Shown here: positions 18,012 to 29,618 of the stretch, piece by piece
Layout of the letters: the number at the start of each line of letters is the position of its first letter
Position numbering within the stretch: the first letter of the stretch is position 1
Assembly: GCA_973895155.1 (NCBI GenBank)
Contig: OZ316894.1
Span: forward strand, 18,196,563-18,260,562
Length of the DNA stretch: 64,000 nt
Reading direction: 5' to 3'
Source of the DNA: Marsupella aquatica
Taxonomy: Eukaryota; Plantae; Marchantiophyta
Notes under the pieces: generated by a model
Database searches by the model: none
What the model was told of the DNA's origin: nothing
Seen by the model: the letters and a program-made list of their open reading frames with translations, nothing else
Position numbers and translations under genes: made by a program

Positions 18012-18214
18012 AGCAGCGCTCAGAAATAGCCTCGACTTGCCCTGTTCACCTTCTGCACCTTCAAAACACAATAGGAAAACAAAACAATGGAGGAGAGTTC
18101 GCAACCCTGCAGATTTTATGGCGCCAAGGGCAAACATGGGGCTGTCCTTCCCGCCATCTGTTGCCCTAGTACTTAAGTGCACAAATGCAAAAATTATCAC
18201 TTAAGACTTCCAAC

Positions 18215-19878
18215 TCAAAATGTTGCATCCAAAATTTTGCACGCAGCTTGAGCATCGGGATCAAAGAAGCTTTCAAGACTCAATTGAACAAGGGTCTTCA
18301 GGTGCTCCTTTGTACAAGCTTTCATCATTTTCTTCAATTCAAGCGAGATAGAGTAAGTATCCCATTCTTGCTGCTGGAAAAAAGTCTGCAGATTCTCAAA
18401 ATGTGACATTCCAACACCAAATGTCATGTGAGGCACTTCCACATGAGCTTCAATTTTGTCACATTCCATATCGCCTTGTCCTCACCCTCATTGTCCACTA
18501 CAAATTCTGAAAGGTCTGCGTTTGTATCAAATGTAGGAGCATTGGTCAGAGAGTCAACATTGACATACTCTATAACTGATAAATTCACTACATAGGTCAG
18601 TGACAAGTGCTGCAAGTGTTCAGCAAGTTCTTCCATTTGATTCTCAAGATCAGAGTCCTCCAACGGTACGTCAAGGTCAATTTCACGGGAAACTCGATCT
18701 GTTCGCTCATCCCTGAAAATTGTCAGACCACAATGTTCCCAACAATGTTGAATTGTAGCCTGCGTAACTCCATCATTCCATGCATTTACCACCATCATTA
18801 CAGCTTGATAGACATCAACTGAAAATGGCTCACCCTTCTCAAAATCGGCTAGTTGTTTTCGAATGAACAATCTCCGATATTGACACTTAAAGCTCTGAAT
18901 TATACCTGCATCCATGGGCTGCAGACGTGAGGTGGTGTTTGGAGGCAAAAACATGACTTTCGTAATTTCCAGCTTGCTGGCAATTGGAGCCAGAAGATGT
19001 CCAGGTGCGTTGTCCAACAGCAAGACCACCTTCTTTCGGCCCAACGATTTCAACAGGCTATCGAATCAAAGCACCCAATCCTGAAAAATGTCGCCCTTCA
19101 TCCACGCTTTTGAATTGCTATACCACATAATGCCCAAGTTGTTTGGTAGCTTGATCTTGCGTTGGGAGAAAGCTTGGGGCATTACAACCTTGTTAATGAC
19201 CAGTGGAGGGAGCTTCATGCTGCCATCCATGTTCGCACACAATCCCACTGTGATCCGAGTCTTGTCTTTCTTCTGTCCTTTGATTGCTTTGTCTCGCAAG
19301 GACTTGTTTGGCTGCAATCTGAAAAATAGCCCTGTTTCATCCATGTTAAAAACATCACAGGGTTCGTAGGCTTGCAATGTAGCCTTGAGAGCTGCGACTT
19401 GATCCCATGTATCCTCGGTCACTTGACAAGAGTCAGCTTCACCATGCATGACACGCAGTTGAATGTTGTGCCGTTTTTTGAATCCATGCAACCAACCCAA
19501 GCTAAACTTGCAATCCTTGACAGCCGGTACCTTTTCCGAGAGTCGGGCTTGCAATCCCTTAGCTTTCTCAACAATCAAATCCTCAAAAATTGTCACTCGA
19601 GCTTCTTGGGCAGTGAGGAACCAACAATACAGGCTTTCTTCCAGATCTGGGCAAAGTGCACTACGATTTTGTTTGACTTCATTTGCAGTCACATTGGCAA
19701 GCAATGAGAAAGATTTCTTCAAGATTCTACCAACAGTAGTTTGATGTATCTTAGCGCCAAATGTTTCTGAAGCCCATTCAACTAGAGCTTTGTTTGTGAG
19801 CTCTGGATGCTTTTGCTTGTGGCGACACATTTCTCGCTTATGCTTGTGAGTCAGTGTAGTCACCTTCCTTTCCTCCAT
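18215..19878 (-). pseudogene. pogo-family transposase (HTH/CENP-B-type DNA-binding region plus DDE_1 domain, DD33D), disabled by one stop and one frameshift
   Basis: Starts MEERKVTTLTHKHKREMC at 19878. Motifs include FSLGWLHGFKKRHNI, NMDETGLF, LLDNAPGH, FLPPNTTSRLQPMDAGII and C-terminal QLSLESFF. There is an in-frame TGA at 19066-68, after which the frame continues (FDSLLKSLGRKK), and a frameshift near 18470. Confidence 0.92.
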
Positions 19879-19890
19879 GTTGATTCCACC

Positions 19891-21800
19891 TGACAATCCC
19901 AATGACTCACGAGCTACAGTACCACAAGCTACAGTGCGTAGCCATGTTCGCATGAGTGGTGGACCTCGCCACCCAGCGCCCTCACCAAACCCAGCACTCG
20001 CACCTAAGTGCCTATGGTGCCCGAACGCCTCCACGGAATACCTCGAGCAAGCATCCAAGTGCCTCTAGCACCACCTGCGGCCACTCCCATATGAAGTCGC
20101 ACTTGCTCACCTACACGACCGCTACTCAACGGTCCTCACTATCTGCATAAACAACCAAGCACCTCGGTAAGTAATCCCTTCGGATCTAGAACTCGCCCCG
20201 TCTAGCATCCTAACTCAAGCTCAACAGACGTTGGTAAATAGGTCAGCGATAGGTTCTCCCCATGCCATAAGCCAGAACCAAAACCCACGCCCACTGTCCG
20301 TCCAGGACAACTCCTTCCTTGGGCGCAGCCCGGGTTCCCCCTCATACCTATCCATCACCAACTGACCACCCTGACCTCAGGACATGCTCATGGCCCAAAT
20401 AACGTAGCTTGTCCTAAAGCTTGTCCCAAGCTTGTCTCAACACGCCGAGACCAGAACGGCCCCGACTCTAACACCCACTCCCGGTTCGCCCCATTGATGG
20501 TCTAGGGACCGAGCGCCCTTGGGACTCAGCCTCCATACCTACTTGGCCTTGCCTCCCCAACGCAAGCTCCCTTGGGAGGCTGAACGCGACTTGGCTGCTG
20601 TTCGGCAGGATTTGGCAAACGGGCAAGCTAACACCCGCAAACCACGAGAACCCATGGCACCCCCAGACCCAGCTGAGCTCAAGAGAGCGTAGCCCTCCTC
20701 AAGAGCTTTCCAACGCACCTAAGAAGTGGCACGTTGGGAAGATATCGCCATTTCCGTTTGGTGGTTTCCCTTAGTGTCGTGACCGCCGCGGCTCACGACT
20801 TTGGCTCGCCCTTAGCCCCCAGGGAGACACCACTCCCTTCATATATGCTTCTGGAGACCTGTCACCCCCGGACCAGCTTTGGTCCCTAAACATTTGGCCC
20901 CCAACCCAGATCCCATCGCGTATAATGGGTGCGCCACCAACTGGCAACGCCCATAACTTACTTGATATGCATTCGCAAGCGGAGTGCCTTAGCCCGTTGT
21001 GACCGGGCCGACCCAGTGCTCATGCCTAGGCCCTCAGGTCTGATCGCTGCTCGGGGCCCCCAACCGGCCCAACCCGGATCGGGCCACAATTTGCGCCCCA
21101 AGCGTCCGCTGCCAATGGTGTCAACTCCATTGGCCTTGGGCCCAAGAGGAGCTCACTCCCAAGCCCTCAGAACTCAAAGAACTCTTCATATTTCTGTTCC
21201 AGGGCTTGGTCTTTTCGAGCGATTCCACGCTCATTTACATATATTTTATAACCGAAAAACCCCGGCTACAATGACAGCAATAGACGCCCCATAATGGTAT
21301 TTCTTACCAGTCTATGCAATTCCTCGAAGTATACCTAACGAATTGGGGAGTCTACCATAGGACTAGTTTTTGTGTCATTATTGGCTCTACCTTTCACTAA
21401 CACTTCATATGTACGTAGTTCGATTTTTTCTACCAATTCACCAAAAATTGTTTCGGTTGCTTGTAGCAGATCGCCCCTCCGACGGTCCGGACGGCCATCC
21501 TTGAGCCCGGTCCATTTCTCCTTGACCCTACCAGCCATAGGCTAGTCCAAGTCCTTAGTGTGTGTCCCCAGCTTGGCCCCTTGCCTCGCTAGTGCCATGT
21601 CTCATTGCCCACAAGTCTCCCCATGCTAAGTCCTCCCCGGATGGCCTATCCGGGCCTGGACTATAAGGGAGCTCGGCGTCGAAGTCAGCGACGCCGGAGC
21701 TAAGTGTTAAGGTAGTCGAGTTCCGCGACTGCATGCTCTATGGACCCAGTAATCAGCCTCGTGCCTTGATCCCTACCCTAATCGGGGCCCTAATTCTTTG
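19891..21800. mobile_element. GC-rich, probably retroelement/LTR-derived insertion in the pogo 5' region (boundaries uncertain)
   Basis: An abrupt GC-rich block starts TGACA 12 bp upstream of the transposase ATG. TGTCA at 20860-20864 has a near-TSD (ccacc/ccccc). Small hairpins occur near 21637-21700. No clean right boundary was found. Confidence 0.35.
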
Positions 21801-22865
21801 ACCACTCTCCTTAAGTGCATTATCTACTCTACTAATAATGGGCATGCCTTTATCGGTAAATGAAATTTCTGGAGTTTATGCATTTACATATAAGCGCATT
21901 CAATCACTTATCCAGGGTAAGCGCTTAGAAAGTTGTCATTTAGCGGAATGATTTTAGCCCTATGCGAGCTTAGAAAAAATGCTTAAAAACCGCTTATCCC
22001 GTGTAAAAAAAAGGGAAGAACAAGATGGCATGCAATAATCCAGGGTAAGTGTTTATGGAGAGTGCATTTAGCCAGAGTTGACTGTATACCTAATGAGTTA
22101 TTGTGTGAAGCAAACTGCAGCTGTTTCCTCTCATTGCACGGTCCAAATTTAAGCTTAGAGGGATTGAAAAGAAGACAATGGCCTCTAGGTGTTGTAAAAG
22201 CCACCCTAAGCTTACAGTTCTATGTGTAATCACCATAGTTTGTATTGTGTGGCTCCCATGTGCTACCTTCACAAAACATTTGATATGTGAATCATTCCGT
22301 ACTAATTACTATGAAATGAAATAAAATGAATCTATCTATTAACTATAGTTATGTGGTTGACCTATTTATAGTGAAATCGTAGAGGCGTAGACCATAATCT
22401 CTTTGTTAACAAATGTGTTTTATATTTTGACTATGCTGACTGGCGTGGGGAGTTTAGATACAAGGAACTTTTCCCTACATACACGTATTCAGGCAAGTTG
22501 ACAACAATATGCTAGGTTTTTTCCCATTAAATATAGACATTAAACAACCTAAATATGGGGACAATGAATATTTTACAACCTAGAAAATGTACCTACACAC
22601 ACCCCAAAAGAAAGTAAGAAAAAAGTCAAAATGACAGTTCTTTGCAAATATGGAAATCTTTCTAGGAAGACTTTCCAAGTGGAATTATAGTTACCCTTGA
22701 ATGCTTGTTCTTTTAATATTGTCATCCTAGTGAGCTCATTTTACTATAGAGATACCTCCCTACTTCACCACGTCCATGGCTAGCGCAACAACAGACTTGA
22801 TGGGGCTCCTATCCAAAAGGAAACATCCCATGAGTCCCATTCTTTCAAGTGGGACTCCCTAGGGC

Positions 22866-23357
22866 CCTGCAGCCTGGCCCTCCCCCATTTTTACTCCCAT
22901 CCATGCAGCTTGGGGCAGGCATTGCGCAAGCTCATTGACCAGGCTCCATGGTATGGTCTTGTCACGGCCCGTGTGCCTGTCACAGTTTAAGGTCCGTCAT
23001 GGTGCACTGTGATTAAGGTCACAAGTGAGAGGCAAGATTCCTTTGCTTATGCCTCACATCTCTACTCTTAGTTTTGCACTCAAGCTCTTGTGTGTGTCAA
23101 GTAGTTCATAGGGGCAAACACAAAGCTCTGCCAGTCAACTTTATTGGGTTGCCTACAAGGGAGTGCATTGTCAAAGCTTTGTCGCGATGATGGTCAGAGC
23201 TCATGACTGATTCATGTGTTAGGGCGTGATAGTGCCCCGCACCATAAACACAGGTTCCACTATGACAGGCCCACACCAAGGAACCTGGCCAAATTTGCAA
23301 GATGCCTGTATGTGGCTGTGCACATGGGAGTCAGAAGGGGGAGGGCCAGGCTGCAGG
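22866..23357. mobile_element. Foldback/MITE-like element with ~105-bp imperfect TIRs
   Basis: cctgcagcctggccctccccc..actcccat...caggcat...ccagg.tcc.tggt.tgg..tgtca matches the reverse complement of ~23255-23357. Confidence 0.75.
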
Positions 23358-24107
23358 AACTTGGGCCCCAGGAGGGAGGAGAAGTTTCACAAGGGGTTAC
23401 AAAAGTATGTCTTACTACACCAGGCACTATACAATGTAAAGTCATAATGAATATGAAGCTTACTCCATAACATATGTGACAAACATCAAAATTAACAGAC
23501 TACTACAGACCAAATGTGTTAAGTCATAACATTTGGATGTGAGTGTTAGAATATGTGGCAAAAACAACATCAAAACTAATTCCCTTCTCACTTGACTTTG
23601 ATGAGTGTGATAAGTATATATACAAATTACCCATAATACAAGAATATCTAAAGTTTGTATGATCAGAAAATAACCCATTTTACCCCAAATTCCACATTGG
23701 GATTATTAATTAGTTACTGCACAATATGCATATTAGTCACAGTTCCCTTTCCACTCATCCTTGCCGAGACTCGTAGATTATGGAAATGATTTTGTTTTTC
23801 TTTATCCCAACTTGTTCTGATGGCCAGTCTTAGTGGCCCATCCAACTTCCATGAGTAAAACTTGGGAAAGGCATCATAGCGCAATTTTGGGAATATTCTA
23901 AGCATTTTAATAACAACACTGATTGTTCAGTATTGTTCAGAGATAATATTTATGACATTGAGGATAATTTGAAAACAATAAAAAATCTGTGCTATCTGAC
24001 CAAACCTTATCCTTGAGCTTGTACTTCTCTTCTTGCTATGGTTGATGAAGTGATCTCACTCTACTTCTCCATGTACTTTGCCTCTACAATGGTGACAGAA
24101 GTATTTA

Positions 24108-26200
24108 TATTACACTGCCAAAGAACAAAAAGATTTAAACAGAGAGAATCCCAAAAGAAAGGAGACCAATGAAGGGGAGAAAACAAGAGAAAACCAAGGA
24201 AGACCAACCAACCATGAAAGCCCAAACCCTAAAGCCTTATTTAGCTCCAAAGTAAAACCACACGGGAGAGTCACAAAGAGGAATATGTCTAGAGACACTA
24301 AACCAATAGCCTTGGCCCTACAAAGAATAGTGAGTGCCAGAGCTCTCTAATCACAAAGCAAACCTATAAAATTGATCTCCAAGGTAAAACGTAGCACGTG
24401 CCTCCTCCTTGAACCATGTTGCCTTGGCTGCAACAATGTTCGTGCTTGTAGGATGAACAATGGTCGTATGCCCAAGGCGTGAACTCTTGCTCTAGTAAAA
24501 ACCAAATCAATCTGTTCCCCGTCCAAAAGCCTATCCTTGGGTGGAAACACATGACCGTTAATGCTCCATTTCACGACTGTTAATGCTCCATAGTGAAATG
24601 GAATCCGGAATCTGAAGTAGTCACTATCACTTTGCATTTTGGGGTGCTCCTCCATAACCAAAACATATAGATTATGATGTTGGGTAAGAGGTAATGGACC
24701 AACAAAGCCCAAACTGCATCGTTATCCGAAACCCATGATTGGCAATGGATATAATTGGGGGAGTGAGAGCATTGACCAATTATCATTGGTACTGTATTGA
24801 AGAATTATCAACATGGATAATTTGACCAAAGCCTACGATGTAGAGTGGAAGACCATTGTCACCTGCTTATCAAACGATTAACACAACAAATACTGCTTGT
24901 TTTCCACTAAGAATCGTTTGTATCGTATGACGGGGACACAAAGGGACGCTATACGGATTAATTTCCTTCTAAGGATGAGTAGATTTGTTTCCACTCTCGG
25001 AAATGTATTTTTTGATCAAGTCTACCGACTATACGTGATCAAGTCCTGTGGACTACCTTGTTCCTACTCCTTCTGGCCTTTGGCAAAGTGTTGTCACCAC
25101 TCTTCCACTCACAGGGTCGACCAAACCATGTAAGTTTCTCTAAACATTCATGCTAGGAGAAGAACACAATCGTGCAACCAAGAGAGAGAACACCACACAA
25201 GAATTCATGAAAATCCAACTGAATCCATATCTCTTAGTGGACAAGGTAACACATTGCATGGGCAACTCGGTCTCCTACCGTCTACCCAACTCCTGCCTCG
25301 CGGGACAATGAGCCCTCTCCACCTCAATATTCCGGATCAATTCCCTATTCTTGTTGAAGGCTAATCCTCACAAAAACAACACTAGACTGAGTTCCCCCCG
25401 ATTCACTACGGGGCTCCCTCCTAAATACCAAAAAAATGCGCCAAAGCACCCCTCACGGGGTCACAACGATGGCGGCTACCCTAGCGGCGCCACTAAAACC
25501 TCATTCAAGAATTCCCTAACCTAAATCATGCGGCACACACATGCTACCTAGAACTCTAATCTAACTACGGGACCGACGGTGCCTTCGACAGTGCCAAACA
25601 ACAATCTGGAATCCGTAATCCCGGGGAAGTGAGGAGACCCTCCCATGGTTGAAACCTAAAATATTTCAAACTACTCCCCTGAGGGGAGCCCTGGACAGCC
25701 CTACTCCTCCTGCCATAAATGGCACTCAAAATGGATCCCCAACGACCAAGATATGATCGTTTAAGTTTTTACAGGACACCGTCCCCCTCCGTTTCGTCCG
25801 TACAACACCAGGGGGCCCCAGCTTCTCCCACAATAGGGGTCTCCAGCTTTGCTGCTGCCGTCTCCACTTCTGGGAAATAACTAGGCTGCCGGATGTACAA
25901 ATGTCTCTATGGATCCGATGTCGAGAGATTTTTGTCAAAACGTAATCTAACATGTCTTTACCATCTTAACTCCATTTTGGCCGTGTGACACAACACTGGA
26001 TTCAGCTTGGCGAGCTCCTTCCAACAAGCCCGTGAACTCCTGATTTTGAGATGGTAAAAAATCTGATGTTCGTACAACCAGGGTCCGTACACATGTTGCA
26101 AGCAAGCACAAGAGGGAAAGGGTTTAGGGTTCAGGTATGGGTGGGAACCACACAAGTGAGAATAGAAAAAAAACGGGAAAGAAGAAAGAGTGAGGGCCCC
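24108..26200 (-). mobile_element. Decayed Ty3/gypsy LTR retrotransposon remnant
   Basis: A minus-strand integrase-core-like segment LPIMGFG*RCSLGFVGPLPLTQHHNLYVLVMEEH lies at ~24645-24745. A purine tract aggaggagg is followed by TG at 24396, giving a candidate PPT and 3' LTR at ~24108-24396. The extent towards higher coordinates is approximate. Confidence 0.6.
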
Positions 26201-27599
26201 TTCTATGGATGTGTCCTTCTACGGAGTGCTCCTTCTACGGAGTGCCCCTTTATGGATTGGGGAAGGGAAAGAGAGTAAAACCCATGTGAGTACCACACAA
26301 AGGGTGAAGGGGAACACAAGTGTGGGAAACCCTTCCTTCTAAGGGCCCTCCCACCATCACTATTCCAAGATTGCCTAGTTTTACCATTTTACAAGCATTG
26401 AGGTTTCTCAAGATATCACTGTTTGATACAGACCTAAACTCAACAAGGGAACCCCAATTTGGCATGGGGCTCATTGAGGGCTTCAAAATGAATCCAAATA
26501 TGACCATGTTTGGAATATTACTAGCGCAGAAATGTCTGTTTCAAGTTTCAATGTTTTCTATATTTTGGTCATTATTCCCATTTTGCGCCTTATGTGGAGC
26601 CTCCGGCCAGCCCCCACCCCTCCGAGATGCCCACACCGTGCCTCCAAGTCCTTTGGCTGCCTTGTGGCCTCCTTGTACCCCCTCAATGGTTCCCTTGTCA
26701 TCCATCATCGCCCGACACCCCTCTCAACTCCGGCCTCCGGTTATCGCATCCATTTATTAGAACTAACAAAGATAAAAAATTTGAAAATCCAAACACTTTT
26801 ACTACACCTACTTATCTTTCTACTTATATACGCAATTATAAGTCATCTGGTTTGGGGCCTTGTCACAACCATGGTAGATTTAAGTTCAAGGTATTGAGCA
26901 TGAGGTATAATTTGCCTCTTAAAGACCATATACTGAGGACAAAATGGAAGAATCTTTTCTCCTGTGTATACATGACCGAAACATGCCATTTATGGTAGGA
27001 GGACACCTTTATGACCATGTCTCACTACCACTCATCCGTGGTAGGAAGGTATGATTACTAAAATAAATAATGCATTTTTTTATACTTTGCTAAACATTAT
27101 AGTACAATAGACCTAGTGGGTTTTTGTTTTTGACTTTGTTCTTTGGTTATTGTGGGGGACTTGTTGACTTGTGGACCTCCTCAGTCTTGTTGTGGCCCTT
27201 CCTCTTCTGTCCCTTTATTAGGGTGTCTCAAACATCAGCCCGAGGGAGTTTTGCGGGTGCCCTTGTTAGGATTGGGCGAACATGGCCCCAAAATGTGTGG
27301 GACACCCTCAAGCTAGCCTTGCCACTCCTCTCGTGGGGTTTCTTGATTCTTGGGACACACTGGGTCCAACATCACCACTCGCCAAATTTGACTAATTCCT
27401 CCACCCAAAAGTCACACGTGCCGGCTTAAAACTTGAGGCGCAAAAATTCCTCACTGTCGCTAAAATCAACTGCATCCCTCCTCACGCGCAATGATAACCT
27501 CCCGGGAACACCTATGAGGGCCCCATATTTGAGACCCCCTATTGGGTTGCTTTGCCACTGGGATCGTGTTCGCAGGTTTGGTGTTTTTTGTACATTGGC

Positions 27600-28720
27600 A
27601 GTGTGATATATTTGATGTACCTAAATTGAATAGGCGATGACCTGTCAAGGTGATATCTGTGATGTACCTAAATCAATAGCCAATGATTTGTTAAGGTGAT
27701 ATATGTGATGTACCTAAAATGAATAGCTGATGATTTGTTAAGTTGATATGTGTGCTGTACCTAAAATAAAATGAATAGCCGATGATTTGTTAAGGTGATA
27801 TCTGTGATGTACCTAGCTAAAATGAATAGCTGAAGATTTATTAAACCACAACTGCACCTATAAGGAGATTTGTTAAGGTGATATGTGTAATGTACCTCAA
27901 ATGAAAAGAGGTTCTCCGCTCAGTAGGGTGTTAGCCTTCACGGCTCCTTTGTTGGTTACTTTTTGTTCCTTGTTTCTTTCATTGTTGGCTTTTGGTTGGG
28001 GACCCCTTGGCTTGTTTTTCTTGGGGCCTTTTCCCCTCTTTCCCTCCCCTTTGTTGGGTTGCTTTGTCTTTGGGATCATGTCTCCCAGTTAGGCATTTGA
28101 TGAATAGCCTATGATTTGTTAAACCACAATTGCATCCATAAAGTGCTATGTGTTCCCTGTAGCTCTCATTATAAAATGCATAGATTCAGTTAGCCCATGA
28201 TTTGTTAAACCATAAGTGCACCCATAAAGGGTTACATGCTACCTGTAGCTCTCATTATACAATGCACACAGATTCAGGATTCAGGTAACCTATGATTTGT
28301 TAAACCATAACTGCACTGCACCCAGCACCCATAAAGGGCTACCTGTTACCTAAAGCTCTCATTATACAATGAGCTCCACCCCATAAAGGGCTACGTGTTA
28401 CCTGTAGCTCTCATTATACAATGCAGTATAATGCACACTCATAGTTACTAGAAAGGAGTTTGAGCTCCACCCCATAAAGGGCTACGTGTTACCTGTAACT
28501 CTCATTATACAATGCACACTGATAGTAGTAGAAAGGAGGTTGAAAGGAGGTTGAGCTCCACAAAGGCACAAAGGTGGAGAATGCTCCGCCTTTTATGGTG
28601 GGTAGTGAGGCACAGAATGAGACTTTTATAGTGTGGCAGGTGGGTGATATGTGTGGGTGATATGTGTGGGTGATATGTGCGATGTACCTAAAAATGAAGA
28701 GCCCGATGCTTTGTTAATTA
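27600..28720. repeat. Two interleaved degenerate minisatellites upstream of CGEP
   Basis: A ~45-bp unit gatttgttaaggtgatat.tgtgatgtacctaaaatgaatagc recurs at 27600-27905 and 28670-28715. A second unit, cccataaagggcta..tgttacctgtagctctcattatacaatg, recurs at 28135-28520. Confidence 0.8.
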
Positions 28721-29110
28721 AGATACTGTGTCAAGGTACTGTGGGGGCGCGCAGCGAGTGACGCACGGGCCTTTGCGAGGGAGTCAGGGAGGGACACGGC
28801 AGAAGAGTCGTGAGGCTGTGGCAGCTCTAAGCTCTAAGCTCTAGCTCGAAGCTCTAAGCTCTAGCAGAGCAGAGCAGACCACACAAGTCCACGAAGTGAC
28901 GGGAGGAGGGAGTTTCCCCGATGGCACGAACACGACGCGCAATTTAGTCGCGCCGATGCCGTGTCCAGACAGATTCATTGAGGCAAGGGCTACGGCATTG
29001 CTCGAAGGAATTGTACACTAGTAGTGGAGCTCGGAGCCCAGGACGTGATGATGCGTGGAATGTACTTCTGAACTTATATTATACAGAGGCGCAAGGTCAG
29101 GGCATTAGCT

Positions 29111-29571
29111 ATGCACTGCGCCAAGCTCTGCCGTGGCTACAGTGCGGCATCGTCATCGGTCTCGGTCGTTTCGAGGCACGGACAACAGGTTGTGTGGTCG
29201 CAAGGAGCAGCAGGATCCGAGCACTTCCTGCCTGGCACTTCTTCTCCGATTTCACTTGGTGTGAATCGTGTCTGTCGGGCTGAATCCGCGTCGATTCGCA
29301 GCAGCGGCAGCAGCAGGATTGGCAGCAGCGGGTCCGCCGGCATCGGAGGCTTCGGTGCTCGTGGTTATATAAGCTTCAAGTCCTCTCAGTGGAGAAACTT
29401 TACGACCCGCAAAATGCCTAGTCAGCCCCATACATCCCCTGCTTTCGTCGGGAAGCCCGCGTCATCTGCTAAGGCGGAGCCATACAAGAATGGAGATACC
29501 GGTACGGGAGGTAGGTCAACAATCCAACAGCCTTGCCTGGAAGGAGTATCAATCTCTCTCTCTCTTTAGAT

Positions 29572-29618
<47 letters not shown>

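Larger units (their letters stand above)
17087..22084 (-). mobile_element. pogo/Tigger-type (Tc1-mariner superfamily) DNA transposon, ~5 kb
   Basis: The TIR CAGTGAACCCTGGATAAACGCACCCTC (17087) matches the reverse complement of the right end, CAGTCAACTCTGGCTAAATGCACTCTC (ends 22084), at 22/27 positions. TA flanks both sides (17085-86 and 22085-86). Subterminal ttatccagggt/gataagcgc motifs recur at both ends. An internal transposase is present. Confidence 0.92.

Noticed and set aside
19879-20058. N-terminal extension of the 330-aa transposase ORF (MDACSRYS...)
   Set aside because: It comes from the adjacent GC-rich block. The transposase-like sequence begins at MEERK (19878).
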